From contig CAZQSY010000007.1 of NCBI GenBank assembly GCA_964596395.1, positions 1 to 35,484 on the forward strand: a stretch of 35,484 bases of DNA. The letters are read 5' to 3'. Position 1 is the first letter of the stretch. Every line of letters starts with the position of its first letter. The notes below the pieces were generated by a model. It was not told the DNA's origin and made no database searches. It saw nothing but the letters and a program-made list of their open reading frames with translations. Of this stretch, positions 16,652-24,664 are shown piece after piece. The stretch comes from an uncultured Candidatus Saccharibacteria bacterium. GTDB taxonomy: Bacteria; Patescibacteriota; Minisyncoccia; Phycocordibacterales; UBA9973. Position numbers and translations under genes: made by a program.

Positions 16652-16846
16652 TTATCTCTTCTTTATGATTGGCACGCCCAAGTCTTCGCATATTTTCCTT
16701 CCGGTATTGGTATTGATTTCCGAATGTCTAGGTACAGTAGAAGTTCTGCCGGTTGCGGGATTGTACCAGACGCTGTGAGCGCTACCTTCTCGCACAAAAA
16801 TGCACCCATATTTGCGGATGTGTTTTACGAGATCAATGTGCTTCAT
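16652..16846 (-). CDS. hicA: HicA-family mRNA interferase toxin
   Basis: 64 aa. LVKHIRKYGCIFVREGSAHSVWYNPATGRTSTVPRHSEI....RKICEDLGV matches the HicA/YcfA pattern. Confidence 0.85.
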   Translation of the reverse strand: MKHIDLVKHIRKYGCIFVREGSAHSVWYNPATGRTSTVPRHSEINTNTGRKICEDLGVPIIKKR

Positions 16847-16852
16847 CGAAAG

Positions 16853-17086
16853 TTAAGCGAATACCGCCAAATTTTCTCTAGTTACAGTAGATTGCTTCTC
16901 AAACTTCCTGGATAGAAAACGGTTGGTTTCAAGTATCAAAAGAAGCGCCTCTTTCAGGTTTTCTTTTGTTTCTTTTATGGTTCGTCCCTGTGTATTTACG
17001 CCGGGAATTTCTTCAATCCATCCCGAATACCATTTGCCCGATTTTTTATATACTGCCGTAAATGTTCTTTTTGTTGACTGCTTCAT
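16853..17086 (-). CDS. hicB: HicB-like antitoxin (UPF0150-type, no obvious DNA-binding domain)
   Basis: Start set at the internal ATG 17086 (77 aa). FTAVYKKSGKWYSGWIEEIPGVNTQGRTIKETKENLKEALLLILE matches the HicB N-terminal fold pattern. It ends 6 nt before hicA. Confidence 0.75.
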   Translation of the reverse strand: MKQSTKRTFTAVYKKSGKWYSGWIEEIPGVNTQGRTIKETKENLKEALLLILETNRFLSRKFEKQSTVTRENLAVFA

Positions 17087-17095
17087 AACTCTTGT

Positions 17096-17125
17096 ATTAT
17101 AGCAAAATTTATATAGTTTAGCCAA
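17096..17125 (-). promoter_or_regulatory. Putative hicBA promoter
   Basis: Minus strand: TTGGCT (17120-17125), an 18-nt spacer, then TATAAT (17096-17101). The -10 ends 9 nt before the hicB ATG, implying a very short leader. Confidence 0.45.
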
Positions 17126-17135
17126 TTTAAGTATG

Positions 17136-18206
17136 TTATTCCTCCTCCCTCGGCTTCTCGAGTGAAATCGCCGACAGTTCGGGCGAGGTGCCGGCGATGC
17201 GGAGGACATCTTTGTCAATTTTCTTCAGTTCTTTGTTCGAGGCGTTGTAGTGGTTTACCACCGTACCCAAGGCATTGCCGAGTTTACCGTGATACTCGTC
17301 GTATGACTTCAGGTGTTTGCCGAGTTCTTCAACCCTTTTGATTATTTCTTTGGCCGATTCTTCGATTTGCAGGGCTTTCAGGCCTTGCAGAACAGTTTGT
17401 AAGTAAGCGAGGAAAGAAGTGGGGGAAGTGATAATAACTTTATATTTTCCGGCCGCGCGCTGAATAAGATTTTCGGAGCTTTCCTCGGTGGCCCCAACCT
17501 TGTTTGTCAGTAAGTCATAATAAATCGCTTCGTGCGGGATGAACATAAAGGCAAAGTCGGTAGTACCGCGCGAGGGCTGTATATATTTTGATGTTTCTAC
17601 GATTCTGTTTTTCAAATCATTCACGAAAATCGTTTCAAGTTTTTTCTTTTCGGCGGGGTCTCTTTCTTCGGCCATTTTGTTGTAGTTTTCAAGCGAGAAT
17701 TTTGAGTCAATCGGGATGATTTTATCTTTCACGAAAACAGCGGCGTCTACGATGGTCTCGTCGGGAAAGGCGTACTGCATCTGGTAGCTTCCGGGTGGCA
17801 AAACATTTTTTAGAACCGTCTCAAGATAATATTCGCCGAGGATTCCGCGCTGTTTCGGATTTTTCAATATATCCTGCAGGTTTTGCAGCTGGTCGGCGAA
17901 AGATATGACTTGCTTGTTGGTCTCATCCAGCCGGGTCAAGCGCTCGGTCACGTCGCGGATTATTTTGTTGGATTCGCTTGAGTGGAATTTAAGGCTTTCG
18001 TTTACCTGCTTGTGCGTTTCGCCGATTTTCTGGTCCACCGTGCGCGAAAGCTCATTCAACTGCTGGAGTATCAGCGTAAGCCCAGTGTCGTTTTTGCCGC
18101 CCTTCTTACCAAGCAAGAGATATACAATAATCCCTCCCGTCAAGATTGCTATGATTATCAGTAAGATATTTTCCATGAATGTTACGTAATGTATTACGTA
18201 ATACAT
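17136..18206 (-). CDS. rmuC: DNA recombination protein RmuC
   Basis: N-terminal TM helix, a long coiled coil, then an RmuC nuclease-like region (GILGEYYLETVL, VDAAVFVKDKIIPIDSKF, FMFIPHEAIY). ATG 18206 overlaps the upstream stop (TAATG). An alternative ATG is at 18176. Confidence 0.88.
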   Translation of the reverse strand: MYYVIHYVTFMENILLIIIAILTGGIIVYLLLGKKGGKNDTGLTLILQQLNELSRTVDQKIGETHKQVNESLKFHSSESNKIIRDVTERLTRLDETNKQVISFADQLQNLQDILKNPKQRGILGEYYLETVLKNVLPPGSYQMQYAFPDETIVDAAVFVKDKIIPIDSKFSLENYNKMAEERDPAEKKKLETIFVNDLKNRIVETSKYIQPSRGTTDFAFMFIPHEAIYYDLLTNKVGATEESSENLIQRAAGKYKVIITSPTSFLAYLQTVLQGLKALQIEESAKEIIKRVEELGKHLKSYDEYHGKLGNALGTVVNHYNASNKELKKIDKDVLRIAGTSPELSAISLEKPREEE

Positions 18207-18209
18207 TAC
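18182..18209. repeat. AT-rich perfect palindrome / tandem TTACGTAA boxes at the exonuclease-rmuC junction
   Basis: GTAATGTATTAC|GTAATACATTAC (18186-18209) is a perfect 24-bp palindrome. The palindromic octamer TTACGTAA occurs at 18182 and 18194. Confidence 0.8.
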
Positions 18210-18928
18210 TTACCTAAATAATACCTCAAAGTATAAACCCAATCCTCGTCTAACTCCGCGTTCTGGATTTTTTGGTCTAACAGCCATTCAAGGTATCCGC
18301 GGTCGGTTTGAAGGATTTCTTCGATTTTACTTCCGTTGTATTTGCCGAATTTTATGGATTTGAAAATGGACGGGTGGGAGGAAATCTCAATCATTTTTTC
18401 GATGACGCTGTCACTTGGAAGTCCGACTTCCAAGTTCTCGGATAGCTTCTTTTTTAGTCGCTCGTAGAGTTTTTCCAATACCAACACATCACCCAAGGCA
18501 TCGTGTGCTGTAGCATCTATTTCTATATCCAAAAAGTAGCGCAGATATTGCAGGTTGTATTTTTCTATTTTCTCGTCTGGGTCTAAGTGTCTTGCCAGCC
18601 GCAGAGTGCAGATAAAATTTTTCGGCTCGATGCCTTCTTTTTTTACCATCAGCAGGTCAAAAGGCGCGTTGTGCGCTATCAGCACCGAATTTTCATTTTC
18701 AAAAAGTTCTTTTATTTTTTCGTATTCTGGGCTGTCTTTGAAAGCCGGTTTTTCTTCCACCATCCTGTTTGAAATATGGTGCACGGCCGAGGCCTCGGGG
18801 GGAATTCTGAGGGGCGGTTTGTATAATCCGGCAAAGCTTTCTTCGCCGTCTTTATAGGCGATCTGGCACAAAAAATCTTTCTCGGTATTGCCGGTGGTTT
18901 CGGTGTCGAAGAAGATTATGTTTTTCAT
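18206..18928 (-). CDS. DEDDh 3'-5' exonuclease (DnaQ/ExoX-like) with a DUF3820-like C-terminal domain
   Basis: Exo I motif FFDTETTG, Exo II LIAHNAPFDL, Exo III HDALGDV. The C-terminal FGKYNGSKIEEI...YLEWLL resembles the ExoX-type C-terminal domain. Confidence 0.82.
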   Translation of the reverse strand: MKNIIFFDTETTGNTEKDFLCQIAYKDGEESFAGLYKPPLRIPPEASAVHHISNRMVEEKPAFKDSPEYEKIKELFENENSVLIAHNAPFDLLMVKKEGIEPKNFICTLRLARHLDPDEKIEKYNLQYLRYFLDIEIDATAHDALGDVLVLEKLYERLKKKLSENLEVGLPSDSVIEKMIEISSHPSIFKSIKFGKYNGSKIEEILQTDRGYLEWLLDQKIQNAELDEDWVYTLRYYLGK

Positions 18929-18957
18929 TAGTGCTATTTTAGCATAGTTTTGTTAAA

Positions 18958-19413
18958 ATGAATTTTATGTTACACCAACAGATTAAAGACAAAATAAAAG
19001 AAGCGATGCTTGCCAAAGACGGCACTCTTTTAGAGACATTGCGCTCGATGGTCGCCGGTTTCGTAAACGAGCTTGTGTCAAAAAACAGAAAGCCCAACGA
19101 GCTGCTTTCTGATGAAGATGTTTTAGTTGTGATAAATCGTCTGGCAAAGCAGAGGAAGGACTCGATTGAGCAGTTTAAGAAGGGGAATAGGGAAGACCTG
19201 GTGAAAATAGAAGAGGCCCAGTTGAAAATTTTAGAGGCCTATCTGCCGAAAATGATGGAAAGAGAGGAAATTGAAAAAATTGCCCGCGCGAAAAAAGAAG
19301 AATTGAATGCGGATGTGTCGAAGAAAGGCATGCTGATGTCGGCTCTGATGAAAGAAATGAAAGGCAAGGCCGACGGGGGGCTGGTGAAAGAGGTGGTGGA
19401 TAGTTTGTTTTAG
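18958..19413 (+). CDS. GatB/YqeY domain protein
   Basis: 151 aa. The pattern IK.AMLAKD...L..LR.........NK........L.D.DVL.VI.RLAKQRKDSIEQF...R.DL...E..QL.ILE.YLP is typical of YqeY. Confidence 0.85.
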   Translation: MNFMLHQQIKDKIKEAMLAKDGTLLETLRSMVAGFVNELVSKNRKPNELLSDEDVLVVINRLAKQRKDSIEQFKKGNREDLVKIEEAQLKILEAYLPKMMEREEIEKIARAKKEELNADVSKKGMLMSALMKEMKGKADGGLVKEVVDSLF

Positions 19414-19421
19414 GTCTTTAT

Positions 19422-19516
19422 GGCGAACACAGAAAATTTTATCGGGTCCTCGGGTCGCCCGCAGGAAATCCTTTGCGGGCTCAACCAGACCAGCTCGAAA
19501 ATATTCCGTGTTCGCC
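19422..19516 (+). other. Nested-hairpin intergenic element upstream of dedA
   Basis: Outer stem GGCGAACAC (19422-19430) / GTGTTCGCC (19508-19516). Inner hairpin GCCCGCAgg-aaatcc-ttTGCGGGC (19457-19480). Confidence 0.4.
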
Positions 19517-20149
19517 TCCTACATGCATACTGTACAAATCTTAAACAATCTGGTGGGCGAATATCATACGCTGGCCTATCTGGTAATTTTTCTCGGCCTC
19601 ATTTTTGAGGGCGAGGTGGTGGTGCTCACTGCGGGGGTGTTGTCTCAGCTCGGGGCGCTCAATTTTTGGCCTTCGCTCGTTTTCATTTTTGCCGGGGGTA
19701 TGGTCAAGACCTTCGGCGGGTATTGGCTTGGCACATGGTTCGCCAGAAGGTATAAAGAAAATCATTTTCTGCGCGCGCTCGAAAGAAGAATTCTGTATTT
19801 CATGCCGAATTTTCGGAAGAAACCCTTCTGGTCTATTTTTCTTTCCAAGTTTATAATGGGAGTGAATTATCTGGTAGTTGTTTTTTCGGGATACCAGAAA
19901 GTAAATTTGAAAAATTATTTGCGGGCGGAAATTCTTTCAACACTCATTTGGGCGCCGGCTTTGCTCGCTCTCGGGTTCTTTTTCAGTCAGACGGCTCTGT
20001 CTATCACCAAAGAAATCGGAAAGTTTTCGCTGATAGTTGTTATCTTTGTGGCCGTGTTTTTGCTTTTCGATAAACTGGCCGCGACTTTTTACCGGGTGGT
20101 GCAGTATATAAAAAGTTTTAGCAATGGAAATGGAAACAGAGAAAAATAA
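19508..20149 (+). CDS. DedA/VTT-family membrane protein
   Basis: Multi-TM protein with the DedA-type motif YLVIFLGLIFEGE. The start is uncertain (GTG 19508 or ATG 19523), and neither has a clear SD. Confidence 0.75.
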   Translation: MFASYMHTVQILNNLVGEYHTLAYLVIFLGLIFEGEVVVLTAGVLSQLGALNFWPSLVFIFAGGMVKTFGGYWLGTWFARRYKENHFLRALERRILYFMPNFRKKPFWSIFLSKFIMGVNYLVVVFSGYQKVNLKNYLRAEILSTLIWAPALLALGFFFSQTALSITKEIGKFSLIVVIFVAVFLLFDKLAATFYRVVQYIKSFSNGNGNREK

Positions 20150-21059
20150 AAAAATATTGGTGACACACAACGGGTCTTTTCACGCCGATGATATTTTTGC
20201 CGCCGCGGCGCTTTCTTTGTATTTAGAAGGAAAGAGAGAAGATTTTGAAATAATCCGCACCCGCGACCCCGAAACGATAGAAAAAGGCGACTATGTTTTT
20301 GACATTGGCGGGATTTACGATCCCGAGAAAAACAGGTTCGACCACCACCAAAAGGGCGGAGCAGGCAAGTGGGAAGGCGGCCTGCCGGCGCAGGCGGGGA
20401 TAGAGTACGCCGCCTTCGGTCTGGTTTGGAAAAAGTTCGGACTGGGGCTTGCCGGCTCGGAAGAAGCAAAAGAAATCATAGACGAAAAACTGGTAGCTCC
20501 GATAGACGCGGGCGACAACGGCTTGGATTTAGAGGAAGAAGAAAGCGAGCACGCGATTTCTCCTTATTACATTCAGCATTTTTTTTCTTCGATGAGGCCG
20601 ACTTGGCGCGAAGCGAACATAAGCGCCGACGAAATGTTTTTAAAATGCGCGGAAGTGGCGAAAGAAATATTGCGCCGGGAAATTATTCAGGCAAAAGATT
20701 TTCTTTTGGCCGAAGAAAGAGTCGCGCATATTTATCGCGAGACCAAAGACAAACGGCTCATAATTCTAGACCAAGATTATCCGCACGAGTATGTTTTGAG
20801 AAATTTCCCCGAACCACTCTTTGTCGTGTATCCGAGGACCACCTACGGCACCTGGGGCGTGAAGGCCGTGCGCGATAATCCTAAAACATTCAAAAACCGT
20901 AAAAACTTTCCGGCTCACTGGGGTGGTTTGCGCGATGAAGAGCTTCAAAATGTTACCGGTGTGAAAGACGCTGTTTTTTGCCACAGAGGGCTTTTCTTGG
21001 CGGTGGCGAAATCCAAAGAAGGCGCGCTGGCACTGGCGAACCTCGCGTTGAAAAACTGA
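20124..21059 (+). CDS. MYG1/UPF0160 family metal-dependent hydrolase
   Basis: VTHNGSFHADDIFA and NRFDHHQ motifs. 311 aa. Confidence 0.85.
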   Translation: MEMETEKNKKILVTHNGSFHADDIFAAAALSLYLEGKREDFEIIRTRDPETIEKGDYVFDIGGIYDPEKNRFDHHQKGGAGKWEGGLPAQAGIEYAAFGLVWKKFGLGLAGSEEAKEIIDEKLVAPIDAGDNGLDLEEEESEHAISPYYIQHFFSSMRPTWREANISADEMFLKCAEVAKEILRREIIQAKDFLLAEERVAHIYRETKDKRLIILDQDYPHEYVLRNFPEPLFVVYPRTTYGTWGVKAVRDNPKTFKNRKNFPAHWGGLRDEELQNVTGVKDAVFCHRGLFLAVAKSKEGALALANLALKN

Positions 21060-21064
21060 ATTGG

Positions 21065-21208
21065 GCACAAAGAAAATAAAAACCTAATTTTTTGTCGGTA
21101 CGGAATTTTTGAAGCTTTAAAATTCCTGAAGTTGGCTCGCCGTCCCTGCCTGCCGGCAGGCAGGGCTCGCCAAACCCCTTAAAAAATTTGTTTTTGTTTT
21201 CTTTGTGC
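21065..21208. repeat. 144-nt composite nested palindrome (MITE-like or structured-RNA-like) between the MYG1 gene and obg
   Basis: Outer arms GCACAAAGAAAATAAAAAC (21065-21083) / GTTTTTGTTTTCTTTGTGC (21190-21208), 18/19 complementary. A second pair is AATTTTTT (21086-21093) / AAAAAATT (21181-21188). Two inner hairpins: GGAATTTT...AAAATTCC (21102-21126) and the perfect 22-bp palindrome CCCTGCCTGCCGGCAGGCAGGG (21144-21165). Confidence 0.7.
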
Positions 21209-21233
21209 TGGAACTTTATGGTAACATCAAGCT

Positions 21234-22244
21234 ATGGCTTTCATTGACGAAATAACGATACACGCCGAGGCGGGTAGGGGCGGCGACGGCGTGGTGAGAT
21301 GGCGCAAAGAAAAATTCGTGCCGAAAGGCGGACCGGCCGGCGGCGACGGCGGCCGGGGCGGCGATTTCTACGCGCGGGCGGTGCGGGATATTCACATACT
21401 TTCAAAGTACAAAGCAAAAAAAGAATTCAAAGCCGGGCGGGGAGAAGACGGCGCCAAAAAAAGTTTGCATGGAAAAAAAGGAGAGGACTTGTCGCTCGAC
21501 CTGCCGGTCGGCTGTGTAGTTACGAACATCGATTCGGGCGATAAATGGCAGCTCTTGACAGAAGGGGAAAAAATTCTGCTTCTCCGAGGCGGCTACGGCG
21601 GCTACGGTAACGAGCATTTTAAAAGTTCCACGAATGTTGCTCCGAAAGAATCGAATCTGGGGAAGGAGGGGGAACAGGGCAATTTTCTTATCGAGCTTGA
21701 ACTTTTTGCCGATGTCGGTCTGATAGGCCTGCCAAATGCCGGCAAATCGTCGCTTTTGAACGCGCTTACCAATGCGGAGGCCAAGGTCGGCGATTACGCT
21801 TTCACTACGCTCGACCCGAATTTGGGAAGTTTCTACGGCTACACAGTCGCCGATATCCCCGGGCTTATCGAAGGCGCCAACGTCGGCAAGGGCTTGGGTG
21901 TGAAATTTTTGCGTCACATAAAACGCACGAAAATGCTCGCGCATTTGGTTTCTTTTGAAAATTTATCCCGCGGTTCGGGCGGAATGATGAAGGCCTATCA
22001 GGAAATACGCGCGGAATTGAAGAAATACGACGAGAAACAGAACTTGGCAGGAAATGGGCTTTGCGAAAAGGACGAAATCGTCGTTCTTACTAAATCAGAC
22101 ACAGTGGAAGACCCCACTCTGCGCGCTAAAAAAGTCAAGGAGTTTGAAAAATTAGGCGATAAGGTTTTTGAAATTTCTCTATTTGATGATAAGTCCGTAA
22201 AAGAATTTGCGGACAGCTTGATTAAAATTCTGCGTGAATTATGA
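21234..22244 (+). CDS. obg: GTPase Obg/CgtA
   Basis: Glycine-rich Obg fold (GGDGGRGG), G1 motif GLPNAGKSSL, DIPGLIEGA, and TKSD (NKxD-like). Confidence 0.95.
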   Translation: MAFIDEITIHAEAGRGGDGVVRWRKEKFVPKGGPAGGDGGRGGDFYARAVRDIHILSKYKAKKEFKAGRGEDGAKKSLHGKKGEDLSLDLPVGCVVTNIDSGDKWQLLTEGEKILLLRGGYGGYGNEHFKSSTNVAPKESNLGKEGEQGNFLIELELFADVGLIGLPNAGKSSLLNALTNAEAKVGDYAFTTLDPNLGSFYGYTVADIPGLIEGANVGKGLGVKFLRHIKRTKMLAHLVSFENLSRGSGGMMKAYQEIRAELKKYDEKQNLAGNGLCEKDEIVVLTKSDTVEDPTLRAKKVKEFEKLGDKVFEISLFDDKSVKEFADSLIKILREL

Positions 22245-22276
22245 AATTATGAGCAAATAAAATTCTACTAAACATT

Positions 22277-23173
22277 ATGGAACGACCTAAAATCGGTTAC
22301 TTTTATTTGGCTTGCACAATATTTCTATGGTCTACTACAGCTGCTGTAGCTAAAATCGCACTAAATGAATTGGATAATTACCAGCTTGTTTTCTATATGA
22401 ACTTGGTGAGTGTAATGTCTCTTCTTATTGTGAATTTTTTTCAAGGCAAATTGGGACTTTTTTCTCAATACAAAGTAAAAGATTATTTAGTTATGTTTTG
22501 CATGGGTTTTGTTGGTATCTTTCTTTATTCCGTTTTTTTGTATGGTGCTTTTTATCTGGCGCCAGCAGGTCAAGTAAATGTCGTTAATTACCTATGGCCG
22601 GCTTTTGTTATAATTTTTTCAATTCCGGTTTTACAAGAAAGTTTCAATTACAGAACTGCTTTTGCGGTTGCTTTTAGTTTTGTCGGGGCCTTTGTTGCTT
22701 TCACGCAAGGTAATATTTTTAGTTTCAGCAGCGAATATACAAAAGGTTATTTACTTGCTGCGCTCGGAGCGGTATGTTATGGACTTTTCTCTGTTTTTGG
22801 CAAAAAACTGAAGTACGATAAATTTTCAAGTATGCTGATTTATTATCTGTCGGCAACGGTGTTTATTGCACCTATTTCTATACTAGTGTCGAATTTCAAA
22901 ATTCCTCAATCTCCTGAAACTATTGTATCAATTCTGTTTCTAGGCGGCCTAGTTAACTCTCTCGCGTTTGTTTTTTGGTTTAAGGCTCTTGAAACAGAAA
23001 ACACACACAAGGTCGCCAATCTTGTTTACGGTGTCCCTTTTCTTTCCATGGTTTGGACGTATTTCTTAAATGGTGAACAGTTTTCGATTGCTTCCGTGTT
23101 GGGGTTAATTCTTATTGTTTTGGGTATCTTGGTCCAGTTTACGAATAAACAATCAAATACTAGGACAGAGTAA
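22277..23173 (+). CDS. EamA/DMT-family transporter
   Basis: About 10 predicted TM helices arranged as two EamA-like halves. The gene is visibly AT-rich. Confidence 0.75.
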   Translation: MERPKIGYFYLACTIFLWSTTAAVAKIALNELDNYQLVFYMNLVSVMSLLIVNFFQGKLGLFSQYKVKDYLVMFCMGFVGIFLYSVFLYGAFYLAPAGQVNVVNYLWPAFVIIFSIPVLQESFNYRTAFAVAFSFVGAFVAFTQGNIFSFSSEYTKGYLLAALGAVCYGLFSVFGKKLKYDKFSSMLIYYLSATVFIAPISILVSNFKIPQSPETIVSILFLGGLVNSLAFVFWFKALETENTHKVANLVYGVPFLSMVWTYFLNGEQFSIASVLGLILIVLGILVQFTNKQSNTRTE

Positions 23174-23199
23174 AATAAAATTTGTGATAATATATTGAT

Positions 23200-24654
23200 A
23201 TGGAAAACAAATTCTACCCCACTATCGGTCTTGAAGTTCACGCCGAACTGGCTACTCGGACAAAAATGTTCTGCGCCTGCAAGAATAATCCCGACGAGGA
23301 AATGCCGAACGTAAATGTCTGTCCCGTGTGCATGGCGCATCCGGGGACCCTGCCCGTCGCCAACAAGAAAGCCGTCGAATTCGTGGTAAAAGTCGGTCTA
23401 GCTCTGGGCGGCAAAATTGCCGATTTTACCGAATTTGACCGCAAAAATTATTTTTACCCGGATATCCCGAAAGGATTTCAGATTTCGCAGTACAAATATC
23501 CGATCGTCTCGGGCGGGCATTTGAGCGGCTTCGACATAACCCGTGTGCATCTAGAAGAAGATACCGGGAACGACAAGCATGTTGGAAGCGACTCCGCCGC
23601 TTCGGGCGGAGCAGGCCACTCGCTGGTTGATTTCAACCGCGCCGGCGTGCCTTTGATGGAACTTGTCACCGAACCGCGTACCTTTCTAAGCGCAGAAGAA
23701 GCCGCGAAAACTGTTTCTTCTTTTGCCAAAGAGTTGCAGCTTTTATTTTGGTACCTCGGTGTTTCCCACGCGAACATGGAAAAAGGCGAAATGCGTGTAG
23801 AGGCGAACATTTCGCTATCAAAAGAAAAAGAGAAGCTCGGGACTAAAGTCGAAGTGAAGAATTTAAACTCTTTTCGAAGCGTGGAGAAGGCGATTTTATT
23901 CGAGCTCAAAAGGATGGCGGAGCTTTTTGAAAAAGGAAAAGAAAACGAGATTGTGCAGGAGACGCGCGGATGGGATGAAGCAAGGCAGAAAACTTTTTCC
24001 CAGCGGAGCAAGGAAACTGCTCAGGATTACCGGTATTTCCCCGAACCGGATTTGCCGAAGATGAAACTGCACGAGATTTTCGATTTGGAAAAAATGAAAA
24101 AAGAACTGCCGGAATTGCCGGAACAAAAGCGGGAAAGATACGTGAGGGATTTCGGATTAAAAGAAGAGGATATAGAAGTGTACGTAAACGACCATGGGCT
24201 CAGCGAGTGGCTTGAAAAGACGGCAGAAATTCTGAAAGACAAAGAAAAAATAAAAATTGCGTCTAACTTCATAACCTCCGACTTTATTGGGCTAAAAAAA
24301 TCTAACTTGGACATCCGATGTCCAAGCGCTAAAAATTTCGCCGAATTAGTGGACATGTTTGCGGAAGGTAAAATTTCTTCGCGAGCGGCAAAAGATATCC
24401 TGGCCAAGATAGTGAAGACGGATGAGTCGCCGCTTGCCATAGCTACGAGAGAAAATCTTATCCAAACCAGTGACGAGAATACCCTGAAAGAATTGGCGCA
24501 GAAAATAATAGAGGCGAATCCCAAAGTCGCGGCCGATTACAAGGGCGGCAAAGAACAGGCGCTGATGTCGCTGGTGGGGCAAATTATGAAAGAAACAAAA
24601 GGGTCGGCGAACCCCCAAGTGGCCAGGCAAATTTTAATTGAGTTTCTTAAATAA
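23200..24654 (+). CDS. gatB: Asp-tRNA(Asn)/Glu-tRNA(Gln) amidotransferase subunit B
   Basis: YPTIGLEVHAEL, CPVCMAHPGTLP, HLEEDTG, NRAGVPLMELVTEP, and a C-terminal YqeY-like domain. Confidence 0.95.
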   Translation: MENKFYPTIGLEVHAELATRTKMFCACKNNPDEEMPNVNVCPVCMAHPGTLPVANKKAVEFVVKVGLALGGKIADFTEFDRKNYFYPDIPKGFQISQYKYPIVSGGHLSGFDITRVHLEEDTGNDKHVGSDSAASGGAGHSLVDFNRAGVPLMELVTEPRTFLSAEEAAKTVSSFAKELQLLFWYLGVSHANMEKGEMRVEANISLSKEKEKLGTKVEVKNLNSFRSVEKAILFELKRMAELFEKGKENEIVQETRGWDEARQKTFSQRSKETAQDYRYFPEPDLPKMKLHEIFDLEKMKKELPELPEQKRERYVRDFGLKEEDIEVYVNDHGLSEWLEKTAEILKDKEKIKIASNFITSDFIGLKKSNLDIRCPSAKNFAELVDMFAEGKISSRAAKDILAKIVKTDESPLAIATRENLIQTSDENTLKELAQKIIEANPKVAADYKGGKEQALMSLVGQIMKETKGSANPQVARQILIEFLK

Positions 24655-24664
24655 AATAAAAAAA

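Noticed and set aside
19420-19608. 62-aa ORF in the yqeY-dedA spacer.
   Set aside because: It overlaps the nested hairpins and the dedA start in another frame, with no SD or motif.
24063-24088. AAACTGCACGAGATTTTCGATTT in gatB resembles the left arm of the FAD-oxidase palindrome (ACTGCACGATTTTCGAAAT).
   Set aside because: The match is only about 15 nt with a 2-nt indel and has no inverted partner nearby. It encodes a normal GatB segment (KLHEIFDLE), so it is probably coincidence.
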